A DNA stretch of 64,000 nt from Gemmatimonadota bacterium (GTDB lineage: Bacteria; Gemmatimonadota; Gemmatimonadetes; Gemmatimonadales; Gemmatimonadaceae), in the NCBI GenBank assembly GCA_040389905.1, contig JAZJZK010000023.1, forward strand, positions 189,250-253,249, in the 5' to 3' direction. The notes below the pieces were generated by a model. It saw nothing but the letters and a program-made list of their open reading frames with translations. It was not told the origin of the DNA and searched no databases. The translations under genes and the position numbers were made by a program. Positions within the stretch are counted from its first letter, which is position 1; the number at the start of each line of letters is the position of its first letter. Below, piece by piece: positions 36,468-46,699 of the stretch.

Positions 36468-39400
36468 ATGACCATGCACGCACGATCGTTGTGGCTCGCA
36501 ATGGCTCTCCTGACCGCGAACTCGGCATTTGCCGCAGCACAGCGCGCCGGACCATTGCGCGTGATCCGCGTCTCGCCGACCACGGACGCAACCGTCACGT
36601 CGAAAATCACGGTCACGTTCGATCGCCCGGTCGCTGGCTCGCTGGACCGCACCGTCGATGCGTCTCAGATCCTCCTCGTCGAACCGGCCATTCCAGGCCA
36701 GATCGAATGGCGAGATCCGGTCACGATCCGTCTCACGCCGTCGGCAATGTTGGTCGCGGGCCGCACCTACACCGTCACGGTCGCCAACAGCTTCCGCGCC
36801 ATGGACGGAAGCGCGCTCGCTGAACCGCACCGGTTCAGCTTCCGGGTACAAGGACCCGTGCTACTCATGGGCTCGCCGGTGGGCCCGAATCAAGATGACG
36901 ACGCGTTCCATCTCACGCCGAATCAACGCTTCGACCTCATCTACTCCGCTGCCGTCGACCTCGCGAGGCTGTCGGCCAGCGCATTTCTCGAGTTCACCAA
37001 CGGGTGCGCGGGCGCACAAATCATCCGCCTGAATGCGGCGAGTCAGAGGCGCATCCGCGACGACGACCGGCCCGGCATCAAGGAAGCCGGCGGCTGGCGC
37101 CGAGATCGCACAGCGGATTCGTTGCGGCGGGTGGTACAGCTCGTGCCGCAGTCTGCCCTTCCACGCGGGTGCGGCGGCGATCTCGTCGCGCCGAAAGAAG
37201 TGTCCGACGAAACGATCGGCAATCTGCAGCGGAGTCATTTCTCGACGTACGGGGAATTCAAGATCGCGTCCCTTCAGTGCGGCGAGCCGAACGCAAAGTA
37301 CTGTCCCACCGGTCCGCTGACCGTCACGTTCACCAATCCCGTCAAAGGCGCTGAAGTCCTCCGCCGGTTGAAGTTCCTTCCCGCGGCGAAGTTCTCCGTC
37401 GACGATACGGTATCCGAGTCGGCGACGTGGACGCTCGATGCCAAGCTGCAGCTGCACACCGGCTATGCGCTCGTTGCAGACACCGCATTGCGCGACGTGT
37501 TCGGTCAGGCATTGACCGGCAATCCGGCGGCGGGCTATCGCACGACAGGTTATGAGCCGGTCATCAACAATGCCTACGGGCACCTGCTCGTCGAACGCGT
37601 CGGCTTTCGAACACTGGCCGTCGAACACGTGAACGTCGACACCCTCGTTGCGACCATCGCACCAGTTCCCGATTCGCTGGAAGCGAGCGCGCTCGGCATC
37701 GGCTCATGGGGCAACGAAGAGCTGTGGTCCAAGGTATTACGCGGTGCAACCGTGCAACGCATTCCCGTCAAATCGATTGCGGACCGTGCGATGATTACGG
37801 GCGTCCGCATGCCGACGCTGAACGCCATGCGAAAGGGGACACCAACGCTCTTCGCGGTGAAGATCGGCGGGCGTGCCGGAGGCACAGACGTGCGCACCGG
37901 AGGCCCGACGTCGCTCCTCCAGGTGACGGATATCGGAATCCACGCGCGCATCGGCGTGAGCGAGGGCGTGGTCTGGGTCACCGGCGTCAGCGACGGACTG
38001 TCGAAGCCAGGCGCGGACGTCGAGGTTCATGACGCGAAGGGCCGAGTGCTCGCCACCGTGCGCACTGACGAACAGGGTATCGCGCGCTTCGCGCGCCTTC
38101 CACAGCCAATTCCTCCAAAGAAAAATGAGGATGACGACGAAAACTCCCGGAGAGGATTCGAAGGTTACGTCAGCGTGACGCTTGGAACGGACCGCGCAGT
38201 GACGGCAATCAAGGAATGGGGTGGCGACCTCTCGCCGTATCAGTTCAACGTTTCGAGTGCGTGGGGCGACGAGCGCATTCCAATGGCAGGTGCCGCATTC
38301 ACCGAACGCGGTATCTACAAGCCCGGCGAACGCGTATACGCCAAGGCCATCGTACGCGTCGGCCCGCTCGGCGCCCTGCGCGCGGCGACGACGCGTGATT
38401 CGGTGCGCTGGACATTCAACGACCGCGACGGAACCGCGCTCCGTACTGTCGCGACGACGCTGTCGTCGTTTGGGACGGCCGACCAATCGCTGGACTTGTC
38501 GGCCGGAGCGCCCGTTGGCGAGTACCAACTCGACGTCCATCTAAAGTGGCAGGGAAAATGGCGTCGCATCGCCGGCGCGAGCTATCGTGTTGCAGAATAT
38601 CGGCCGCCGGAATTTCTCGTCGACCTGGCAGCACCGGCACAGACGCGACTCCCCGGCGACATGTTCACAGCCACGGCATCCGCGCGCTATCTCTTCGGCG
38701 CACCCATGGGCCGCGCCGTGATCTCGTGGCAGGCGAGGCAGACGTCCGTATCAGCGTGGTCGTTGGAAATTCCGGGCACCGAAGGCTGGTACATCGGCGA
38801 TTCCGGTGCGTGGTGGGAGGACGAAGCCGCGCCGGAGACGGACGTCTTCGCAAGCAAGACGGATACGCTCGACGCGCGCGGCACGCGTGTGTATTCAGTG
38901 ACATTGCCCGCGACGCCGAAAGGAAGAGCGGCGCGTGTCACGATCGACGCGACGGTCACGGACATCAACCGGCAGGTGGTGGGCACGAGCACGTCGACAC
39001 TCGTGCATCCGGCGGAGTTCTACGTCGCTGCGCGCACCGCTGGAGACTCGTGGTTCTGGAAGGCGGGCACCGCGCAATCGGTACAGGTGCTTGCCGTTCG
39101 ACCGGATGGGCAAAAGGTCGCCGGCGTCCGAATTCGCGGAACGATTGTGCTGCGCGAATGGCATCGTGTTCGACGCGAGCGTGATGGTGTGTCGGAGCTC
39201 GTTGGCGACTGGGTGTCGGACACCGTCGCCACATGCGCGATGACTTCCGCAACGTCAGCGGTGCCCTGCGGCTTCACGCCGAAGGCAGGCGGCTCATACA
39301 TCGTCACGTTTACGGCGACCGACCGTCGCGGCCATGTTGCGACCACCAGCTTCCAGCGTTGGGCATCTGGCGAAGGCTGGGTACCGTGGAGCGACGAGAC

Positions 39401-42221
39401 GCAATTCAAGATGGACGTGATCCCCGATCGCACGCGATACGCGGTTGGTGACACCGCGACGATCATGTTTGCCTCGCCGTTCACCGGCGTCGATGCGTGG
39501 ATCACCGTCGAACGCGAAGGGCTGATCGAACAGCATCGCCTCAAGATCACGTCTGGCTCGACGACCATGAAGTTCCCGATCACCGAGGCGTATGCGCCCA
39601 ATGCATACGTCTCGGTGATCGTCGCCCGCGGGCGAAGCGCGAAGCCCGGTTACTTCGACGACCTCGGGCGTCCGACCATTCGCGTGGGATACACGGAGCT
39701 GCGCGTCACGCCGGAAGTGAAGCGGCTCGCAGTTACGGTCACGCCGGAGAAGGCCGACTACCGGCCGGCGGACACCGCACGCGTGCGCGTTCGCGTGCGC
39801 GACAAGCAAGGCCGCGGCGCGAAGAGCGAAGTCACGCTGTGGGCTGTCGACGAAGGCGTGCTCGCGCTCACCGGGTACAAGACACCGGATCCACTCGACC
39901 TTGTCTACCGCGAGCGTGGCCTGGGGATGCGCCTCGCCAGCAACATGACATCGGTGGCGCCCCAGGTGCCGGAGGGCGAGAAGGGTTGGCGCGCCCCGGG
40001 CGGCGGAGGTGGTGTCGCCGGCGCAGATATCCTCCGCTCGCGCTTCCAAACCACTGCGTTCTTCATGGGTTCTGTGATCACCGACGCACAGGGAAATGCC
40101 ATCGCGTCGGCGAAGCTGCCGGATAACATCACGACGTTCCGCGTGATGGCCGTCGCCGTAACGGCGGGTGATCGCTATGGGAAGGGTGAGTCGCCGATGC
40201 TGGTCACACGCCCACTGCTCGCGCGCCAGGCACTGCCGAGATTCGTGCGGCCTGCCGATGCGTTCACGGCGGGCGCGGTGATCAACCGGCGTGACGGATC
40301 GGCGGCGAACGTCACGGTTCGCGCGGCGTCGGTTGGTGCGACACTCCGTGGCGACAGCACGCAGACCACGACCCTCGCGGCGCAGCGCGGCACGGAAGTT
40401 CGCTTTCCCTTCGTGGCGACACGAACCGATAGCGCAACATTCCGTTTCGACGTGTCGGACGGTCGGAATGCGGATGCGGTGCGCGTATCGATTCCGGTGA
40501 AGCCCGATCACCATCCCGTCGTGCACACGCTCGCCGGTGTGCTGCGCGATTCGGCAACGGTCGATTTTGCTCTTCCGCCGGGACTCGATCTGAACCGCTC
40601 CAGGCTCTCGGTGAGCATCGGGAGTTCGCCGCTCGCTGCCATTCGCGGCATGCGCGAGTCGCTCCGCATCTATCCCTACTACTGCACCGAACAGGTGATC
40701 AGCAGCGCCATTCCGCTCATCGCACTCTTCCGAGCTCAGAAGGAGTCTGGTGGAGAGACGCTGGCGGGCGATCCGCGCCGAGACATTGCGCGTGCTGCGG
40801 AGATGTTGACCAATCGCCAGCGCGACGACGGCGGCATTGGCTACTGGTCAGCGAGCGATTGGACAAGTCCATGGCTCAGCGCCTATGCGGGCATGGTGCT
40901 GCTCGACGCGCGCGATGCCGGTGCCGGCGTGAAGGTCGACACGCTCGTATTGAATAAGCTCGCGGCGTATCTCTCCGCCGACTTGCACGGAAAGTCGAGT
41001 GCCTCGTTTACGCCGGTTGCCTACTGGAGCTCGAGGCGCGAATACCGCCTGCGCGAGCAGGTAGCCTCCGTCGATTTCCTCAGCCGATACGGTCGTCCTG
41101 ATGTCGCCAGCGAGAACGAACTGATTCGAACAGCGGCTCAGCTCACGATCGAGGACCGCGCTCGGCTGGCAGAAATACTGGCGCGCCGCCGCCAGACCGC
41201 CGCGGCACGGCGGTTGATGGAACCGACGTGGGCGCTCATCAAGGTCGAGGGCCGCCGAGCGGTTCTTCCCGACTCGACGCGAAGCAGCTTCTACTTCGAG
41301 TCGCGTACACGCCCGATCGCACGAATTCTTACCGCGACGCTCGCGGTCGACGCGGAGCATCCTCTCGTCGGTCCACTCGCAGAAACGCTCGTGCAGGAGA
41401 GTCGTGCGTCGGCCACGGGTTGGATGTGGAACACGCAGGATTACGGTGCGGCAGCGAGCGCGTTGGCAGAGCTGAACCGGCGGCAGCGCGCTGATGGCGA
41501 GCGCTCGGTTCGCGTGCGGTCGGAAAGCCGAGTCCTCATGCAGGGTGGCGCGCGCGATTCGAGTATCGCGCTGAGTAGTGTGCTTTCAGGCACACCATCG
41601 TCGAATCGGAGCCTTCGACTTGCGCTCGATGCCGGTCCGGGCAAGGCGCCTGTTTTCTACTATCTCTCCATTACCGAAGTCCCTGTGGCACCGCCGGTCA
41701 CACCGGAGGATCGCGGCATTCAGGTCGAGCGCTGGTATGAGCGCATTGGCGGTGGAGCGCCGGTATCCACCGTTGCTGAGGGCGATCTCGTACGCGTGCG
41801 GCTCCGCATCACCGTGCCGTCGACGCGCTATTTCGTCGTCCTCGACGACGCGCTCCCTGCTGGCCTCGAAGCCGTCGATCTCAGCCTTCGGACGGCCTCC
41901 GCGAATCCCGGCCCCGGGATCAAGCCGAGTGACGAGAACACGGAGCATGAGGAATCCGAGGCCGACGCCGGATGGTTTGGCCGGTGGGATTCGGGATGGT
42001 GGTCACCCTTCGATCATCGCGAAATCCGCGACGACCGCGTCGTCTATTCCGCCAACCAACTCTGGGCTGGTAGTTACACCGCGACCTACATCGCTCGTGC
42101 GACGACTCCGGGCACATTCATCCGGCCGCCCGCGCACGCGGAAGAGATGTACAACCCCGCCGTGAATGGCCGAAGCGACGGAGGAACGTTCATCGTTACC
42201 GCGAAGCCCGCGCCGCGATGA
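36468..42221 (+). CDS. Bacterial alpha-2-macroglobulin (YfhM-like)
   Basis: 1917 aa; TERGIYKPGE, EYRPPEF, AVDEGVL, LPDNITTFR, thioester YPYYCTEQ, NTQD, EEMYNP. Confidence 0.93.
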   Translation: MTMHARSLWLAMALLTANSAFAAAQRAGPLRVIRVSPTTDATVTSKITVTFDRPVAGSLDRTVDASQILLVEPAIPGQIEWRDPVTIRLTPSAMLVAGRTYTVTVANSFRAMDGSALAEPHRFSFRVQGPVLLMGSPVGPNQDDDAFHLTPNQRFDLIYSAAVDLARLSASAFLEFTNGCAGAQIIRLNAASQRRIRDDDRPGIKEAGGWRRDRTADSLRRVVQLVPQSALPRGCGGDLVAPKEVSDETIGNLQRSHFSTYGEFKIASLQCGEPNAKYCPTGPLTVTFTNPVKGAEVLRRLKFLPAAKFSVDDTVSESATWTLDAKLQLHTGYALVADTALRDVFGQALTGNPAAGYRTTGYEPVINNAYGHLLVERVGFRTLAVEHVNVDTLVATIAPVPDSLEASALGIGSWGNEELWSKVLRGATVQRIPVKSIADRAMITGVRMPTLNAMRKGTPTLFAVKIGGRAGGTDVRTGGPTSLLQVTDIGIHARIGVSEGVVWVTGVSDGLSKPGADVEVHDAKGRVLATVRTDEQGIARFARLPQPIPPKKNEDDDENSRRGFEGYVSVTLGTDRAVTAIKEWGGDLSPYQFNVSSAWGDERIPMAGAAFTERGIYKPGERVYAKAIVRVGPLGALRAATTRDSVRWTFNDRDGTALRTVATTLSSFGTADQSLDLSAGAPVGEYQLDVHLKWQGKWRRIAGASYRVAEYRPPEFLVDLAAPAQTRLPGDMFTATASARYLFGAPMGRAVISWQARQTSVSAWSLEIPGTEGWYIGDSGAWWEDEAAPETDVFASKTDTLDARGTRVYSVTLPATPKGRAARVTIDATVTDINRQVVGTSTSTLVHPAEFYVAARTAGDSWFWKAGTAQSVQVLAVRPDGQKVAGVRIRGTIVLREWHRVRRERDGVSELVGDWVSDTVATCAMTSATSAVPCGFTPKAGGSYIVTFTATDRRGHVATTSFQRWASGEGWVPWSDETQFKMDVIPDRTRYAVGDTATIMFASPFTGVDAWITVEREGLIEQHRLKITSGSTTMKFPITEAYAPNAYVSVIVARGRSAKPGYFDDLGRPTIRVGYTELRVTPEVKRLAVTVTPEKADYRPADTARVRVRVRDKQGRGAKSEVTLWAVDEGVLALTGYKTPDPLDLVYRERGLGMRLASNMTSVAPQVPEGEKGWRAPGGGGGVAGADILRSRFQTTAFFMGSVITDAQGNAIASAKLPDNITTFRVMAVAVTAGDRYGKGESPMLVTRPLLARQALPRFVRPADAFTAGAVINRRDGSAANVTVRAASVGATLRGDSTQTTTLAAQRGTEVRFPFVATRTDSATFRFDVSDGRNADAVRVSIPVKPDHHPVVHTLAGVLRDSATVDFALPPGLDLNRSRLSVSIGSSPLAAIRGMRESLRIYPYYCTEQVISSAIPLIALFRAQKESGGETLAGDPRRDIARAAEMLTNRQRDDGGIGYWSASDWTSPWLSAYAGMVLLDARDAGAGVKVDTLVLNKLAAYLSADLHGKSSASFTPVAYWSSRREYRLREQVASVDFLSRYGRPDVASENELIRTAAQLTIEDRARLAEILARRRQTAAARRLMEPTWALIKVEGRRAVLPDSTRSSFYFESRTRPIARILTATLAVDAEHPLVGPLAETLVQESRASATGWMWNTQDYGAAASALAELNRRQRADGERSVRVRSESRVLMQGGARDSSIALSSVLSGTPSSNRSLRLALDAGPGKAPVFYYLSITEVPVAPPVTPEDRGIQVERWYERIGGGAPVSTVAEGDLVRVRLRITVPSTRYFVVLDDALPAGLEAVDLSLRTASANPGPGIKPSDENTEHEESEADAGWFGRWDSGWWSPFDHREIRDDRVVYSANQLWAGSYTATYIARATTPGTFIRPPAHAEEMYNPAVNGRSDGGTFIVTAKPAPR

Positions 42222-44473
42222 AGCGAGTCGTTCGTGTACTCGGCATGCTCGCGGCATGCACCGTGATACCGGCAACGATCTGGATTGCGTTGCCGGTACC
42301 GACCCAGACGCTCGCCCGTCCGATGATGACGGCGCTCACCATCGAGGACCGGCACGGCACACCGCTCCGCTCAACGCGATCGTCCGATGGAAGTCAGGAA
42401 CTCTGGGTCTCGTATGATCACATCGATGCGGACCTGATCAATGCGTTCGTTGCGGTGGAAGATCGGCGATTCTGGGACCACCACGGTGTGGACGTGCGGG
42501 CAATTGTGCGCGCGATGCGCGACAACATCGGGTCGCACGCGGTGACTTCAGGTGCCTCGACGATCACGATGCAGCTGGCGCGCATTCTTCAGCAAACCCC
42601 TCGGCGGTGGGACGGTAAGCTCGTGCAAGCGATGTGGGCACTGCGGCTGGATGCGCACTTATCGAAACAGCAGGTTCTCGAACAGTACCTCAACCGCGTG
42701 CACCTGGGGCAGGCCGCGGTCGGTGTTGGAGCGGCCAGCGCGCTCTACTTCGGTTCCTCCGCGCAACAGTTGAGTGTCGGACAGGCGGCGACGCTGGCGG
42801 GGCTCGCGCACGCGCCTTCGCGCGACAACCCTCGTGCGTCGCCCAGATTGGCGACGGCGCGCCGCGAGTACGCACTGCGGCGCATGGTACAGCTTGGCTA
42901 TGCCACGCGAGAAGACGTGGCGCGCTCGCATGCCGAAGCGGTACGCTCGCTTACGGGGCAGGCACTCTTTCGCGCGCCGCACTTCACGACGCACGTCCTC
43001 GCGTCCGTGCAAGGCGATTCGGCGCGAGCCGCGACCGTCCAGACGTCGCTCGATCTCGGCCTGCAAGAGGCGGCAGAAGCCGAAGTGCGACACACTGTCG
43101 AGATGCTTCACTCGCGGGGCGTGGAGCACGCTGCCGTGGTGGTCCTCGATAACGAGTCCGGCGAGGTGCTCGCGTGGGTCGGATCACCTGACTTCTGGGA
43201 GGAGAAGGACGGTCAGACGGACATGGTGACGTCGCCGCGCCAGCCCGGCTCCGCGCTCAAACCATTCCTGTACGGGCTGGCACTCGATCGCGGATTCACC
43301 GCGGCGACCGTGCTCCCGGATGTCCCGAAGGTCTATGCGACGGCGGCCGGGACGTACGCACCGCGCAACTACGATCGCCGCTTTCGTGGGCCCGTACGGG
43401 TGCGTGAAGCACTGGCGAGTTCGTACAACGTGCCAGCGGTGGAATTGGCATCGCGCGTTGGTGCGGGCACCGTGCTTCACACACTGCATCTCGCTGGCTT
43501 TGAATCGCTGAACAGGGGCGCCGAACACTATGGGTTGGGCATTGCACTCGGAAATGGCGACGTCACGCTGATCGAGTTGGCGAATGCATATCGCGCGCTG
43601 GCAATGAACGGTGAGTGGCGTCCCTGGACGTGGCGCGTTGCGCCGTCGCGCCCTGCAAGACTGCGGGAAGGCCGGCGAGTGATCTCACCCGTTTCAAGTG
43701 CCATCCTGCTCGACATCTTGAGCGACGGTTCGGCGCGGATTCCGGGATTCGGGTTGAACACACCATTCGAGTTCCCATTTCCGGTGGCTGTAAAGACCGG
43801 AACCAGTCGCCATTTCACCGACAACTGGGCGGTCGCGACGACGCGGGGCTTTACGGTGGCGGCGTGGGCGGGGAACTTCAGTGGCCGGCCGATGCAAGGC
43901 GTCAGCGGCGTCGCCGGTGCAGGGCCTCTTCTCCACCGAGTCGTCATGGAAACGGCCAAGCGCGTAGCGCCGGGCGCGTTCGTGACTCCATCGGAGGCGG
44001 GAGCGATTCCAGTTGCGGTGTGCAGGTTGTCCGGACTTCGCGCGACGGGGACGTGTGCGCAGTTAACGGAGTGGTTCGTTCCTGGCAGCGAGCCCGCGCA
44101 GTCCGATGACTGGGAACGCCGAGGGGCACAATCGCTTCCGGAGGTGTACGCGGAATGGTCCGCGCGTCAGGCTGCGGCGGGTGCGAATGTTCCGCGTGTG
44201 CTCTCTCGTTCTGTAACCGACAGTAGTGCGAGGTTCATGATCACCTCGCCGCGAGATGGTGATCGTTACGCGATGCCGCTCGAGGACGAATCGGCATACG
44301 CGACGATCGCATTGCGTGCGTCCGGTGCTCGCGCGCAGCACCTGAAGTGGTTCGTCGATGGAAAGCCGATAGCCGGTGGGCGGTGGTCACTGGCCGAGGG
44401 CGCGCATGTGTTTCGGGCGGTCTCGCCCGGAGGGGACAGCGTTGAGGCGCGGGTTACGGTGATGCCGAGGTAA
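42218..44473 (+). CDS. pbpC: Penicillin-binding protein 1C
   Basis: EDRRF..H.GVD, GASTITMQ; GSALKP, SYN, KTGTS; coupled to the A2M gene. Confidence 0.92.
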   Translation: MKRVVRVLGMLAACTVIPATIWIALPVPTQTLARPMMTALTIEDRHGTPLRSTRSSDGSQELWVSYDHIDADLINAFVAVEDRRFWDHHGVDVRAIVRAMRDNIGSHAVTSGASTITMQLARILQQTPRRWDGKLVQAMWALRLDAHLSKQQVLEQYLNRVHLGQAAVGVGAASALYFGSSAQQLSVGQAATLAGLAHAPSRDNPRASPRLATARREYALRRMVQLGYATREDVARSHAEAVRSLTGQALFRAPHFTTHVLASVQGDSARAATVQTSLDLGLQEAAEAEVRHTVEMLHSRGVEHAAVVVLDNESGEVLAWVGSPDFWEEKDGQTDMVTSPRQPGSALKPFLYGLALDRGFTAATVLPDVPKVYATAAGTYAPRNYDRRFRGPVRVREALASSYNVPAVELASRVGAGTVLHTLHLAGFESLNRGAEHYGLGIALGNGDVTLIELANAYRALAMNGEWRPWTWRVAPSRPARLREGRRVISPVSSAILLDILSDGSARIPGFGLNTPFEFPFPVAVKTGTSRHFTDNWAVATTRGFTVAAWAGNFSGRPMQGVSGVAGAGPLLHRVVMETAKRVAPGAFVTPSEAGAIPVAVCRLSGLRATGTCAQLTEWFVPGSEPAQSDDWERRGAQSLPEVYAEWSARQAAAGANVPRVLSRSVTDSSARFMITSPRDGDRYAMPLEDESAYATIALRASGARAQHLKWFVDGKPIAGGRWSLAEGAHVFRAVSPGGDSVEARVTVMPR

Positions 44474-44525
44474 CTTCAGTGTGGCCGCGTCAGGGCCGTA
44501 CACAACAAAGGCATCACAGTGATTT

Positions 44526-44563
44526 ACCGCAGAGGTCGCAGAGGCGCAGAGGAACGCAGAGGA
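44526..44563. repeat. CGCAGAGG short tandem repeat (family B single arm)
   Basis: ACCGCAGAGGTCGCAGAGGCGCAGAGGAACGCAGAGGA. Confidence 0.8.
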
Positions 44564-44599
44564 CTGCATGAAGCAGTCACGAGCGGAAGTGCGACCCCA

Positions 44600-44642
44600 T
44601 TGTCACCCCGAGCGAGCGAAGCGAGTCGAGGGGTCTGCACCT
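44600..44642 (+). repeat. REP-like family A copy
   Basis: 44600-44640 is identical to 36330-36370 (41 bp). Confidence 0.9.
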
Positions 44643-44652
44643 GACGTCGCTC

Positions 44653-45378
44653 CTATTTCAGCGTCACCCACTGGGCCAACGCTCCCGTCGCCGCAAATGT
44701 CCCTGACGCGTCGCACGACAACGGATTCCCATCGCGCGCCGCGCGTGAGTGAATGAGATCCGACCTGCTCGCAAGACCGCGAGCGAGGTAGCGAGCCCAC
44801 ACCGCGTCGGTGAGTGCGTCGAAATACGAGACGAGACGCGATCCGCCCGGTGTTTCAACGCGTATCGCGACATCCGACGCCGTTTGCGATCCCACGTGGT
44901 GGCCGAGCCGCGCGCCAGTCAGGACACGATCACCAACCGCGGGCGTGCCATCCGGAACGACATGAAACACGACCACTGTAAACGCAGGATAGGCGTCCGG
45001 CTGCACCTGGATCTGCGTTCCGAACGTCTGCTCCGCCTCGATGCGCACCAGCGTTCCGGTCACCGGCGCGAAGATCGCCACGGTCGCGGAGTTCGGAACG
45101 GTTGCGGCGTCGAAGTAGTGTTTCATGCTTCGACAGTGCTCGAGGTCGTCGGAGTAGTCGTGGCCGTAGCTCGAGCGGAAATAGCTCACGCGGTTGATGC
45201 GCGCGGATTCGATGTAGTCCGATGTGATCAGCGGTGGCACGCCGAGCTGATCCAGATTCCACGTGCCGTCGGCGGTGGTGACGACCGGCGCGACGTGCGT
45301 TGTGTCCGTTACGGGGGCTGTGGCGCCACAGGCACTCAGGAAGACCAGGAAGGGCAGTGCCCGCATCGCGCGTCGCAT
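44653..45378 (-). CDS. Hypothetical lipoprotein with M23-like beta fold
   Basis: LSAC lipobox; FRSSYGHDY, KHYF, IFAPVTG, VFHV. Confidence 0.65.
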   Translation of the reverse strand: MRRAMRALPFLVFLSACGATAPVTDTTHVAPVVTTADGTWNLDQLGVPPLITSDYIESARINRVSYFRSSYGHDYSDDLEHCRSMKHYFDAATVPNSATVAIFAPVTGTLVRIEAEQTFGTQIQVQPDAYPAFTVVVFHVVPDGTPAVGDRVLTGARLGHHVGSQTASDVAIRVETPGGSRLVSYFDALTDAVWARYLARGLASRSDLIHSRAARDGNPLSCDASGTFAATGALAQWVTLK

Positions 45379-45435
45379 CTTGAGTGGGTAGACTTCTCGC
45401 ATGATATATCGCGCTTCTCCCCCGACCGCCGCCAC

Positions 45436-45996
45436 ATGCTGAATCTCTGGCACGACCTTCCCGCAGGGCTGCACGTTCCCGAGTGCGTCACGGCCGTCGT
45501 GGAAATCCCCTCGGGCAGCAGAAACAAGTACGAGCTCGACAAGGCCAGCGGCATGCTCAAGCTCGACCGCGTACTCTTTTCCGCGGTGCATTATCCCGGC
45601 GACTACGGATTCATCCCCCGCACCCTGCACGAAGATGGGGATCCCCTCGACGTGCTCGTGCTGGTGAAGGAGGAGACGTTCCCTGGCTGCCAGATCGACG
45701 TGCGGCCGATCGGCGTGCTCAAGATGCTCGATCGCGGCGAGCCGGACGACAAGATCCTCGGCGTGCCGCTGCACGATCCCTTTCAGCAGGAGTATTTCGA
45801 CATCGCCGACATCTCGCAGCACATGCTCAAGGAAGTCGAGCACTTCTTCCGCACGTACAAGGATCTCGAGGGCAAGCGCGTGGAAATACTCGGTTGGGGC
45901 AAGAGCGATGAAGCCACCCGGATCGTCCTCGAGTCGATCGCTCGCTATGAGGCGACGTATGGGTCGAAGCGCGAGCTGCGGGAGTCGAAGGGCTGA
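45436..45996 (+). CDS. ppa: Inorganic pyrophosphatase (family I)
   Basis: VEIPSGSRNKYE, YPGDYGFIP, DGDPLD, DDKI, FFRTYK. Confidence 0.96.
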   Translation: MLNLWHDLPAGLHVPECVTAVVEIPSGSRNKYELDKASGMLKLDRVLFSAVHYPGDYGFIPRTLHEDGDPLDVLVLVKEETFPGCQIDVRPIGVLKMLDRGEPDDKILGVPLHDPFQQEYFDIADISQHMLKEVEHFFRTYKDLEGKRVEILGWGKSDEATRIVLESIARYEATYGSKRELRESKG

Positions 45997-46087
45997 CGGA
46001 ATGGCTTTGTGATGCAAAGGACTTGACAGAAATCGAGTCCCATGCCATCATCTCATCCGTCCCCTTTTGGCGCACGGAGATCCGTCG

Positions 46088-46495
46088 ATGACCGCACTCA
46101 CCAGGTTGCTCTTTCCCGTCCCGGCGCTTCGCCGGTCGCCCGAGATGATCTTCGCCTGGTGGGAGTCCCGACGGCCGGTCTACAACCTCATCGTCGGCGG
46201 CACTGGCCTCGTGACGCTCGCGTCGATTTCGGTCATCGGGCTCCTGCCGCCGCATCCGCCGCTACAGGTCCCGTGGCAAGCCGTCGTCCTGTACGGCGTC
46301 CTCGCCAACGTATGCTATTCGTTCGGCTTCGCGATCGAGGCCCTGCTGGAACGACTGTGGGGAAATGACGTCGCGCCGGCAGGGCCTCTGCTCTTTCGCC
46401 AGGGACTGGCCTTCGGCGTCGGTCTTACACTGCTGCCGATTGGACTGGCATGGGTGGGATATCTCGTGGCACTCGGCAAGATGATTCTCGGGTAG
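46088..46495 (+). CDS. Hypothetical membrane protein
   Basis: WWESRR..YN and LANVCY..G...E; three hydrophobic segments; GGAG RBS. Confidence 0.7.
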   Translation: MTALTRLLFPVPALRRSPEMIFAWWESRRPVYNLIVGGTGLVTLASISVIGLLPPHPPLQVPWQAVVLYGVLANVCYSFGFAIEALLERLWGNDVAPAGPLLFRQGLAFGVGLTLLPIGLAWVGYLVALGKMILG

Positions 46496-46558
46496 CGAAA
46501 TCGAAGAGTCGGTTCGCCAAATTCGGCCGAAGCGCGGGGCAAAGTATCGAGTCATTTC

Positions 46559-46651
46559 ACCGCAGAGGACGCAGAGGAGCAGAGGAACGCAGAGGAACAA
46601 ATGAGCATGGTTTTCCTCTGCGTTCCTCTGCTCCTCTGCGTCCTCTGCGGT
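46559..46651. repeat. Perfect 39-bp inverted repeat of CGCAGAGG units (family B)
   Basis: 46559-46597 is the exact reverse complement of 46613-46651; 15-nt loop; between convergent genes. Confidence 0.93.
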
Positions 46652-46699
46652 TCAATCAGTTGCTTTTGCTTCCAGTTCGCCAAACGACAACTCTTTCCA

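Noticed and set aside
39294..40526. 410-aa minus-strand ORF and similar ORFs inside the A2M and M28 genes
   Set aside because: Antisense shadows with no recognisable motifs
44749..46017. Apparent mutual overlap of two long ORFs (454 aa minus, 415 aa plus)
   Set aside because: Each extension is the antisense shadow of the other real gene; true starts are near 45378 (minus) and 45436 (plus)
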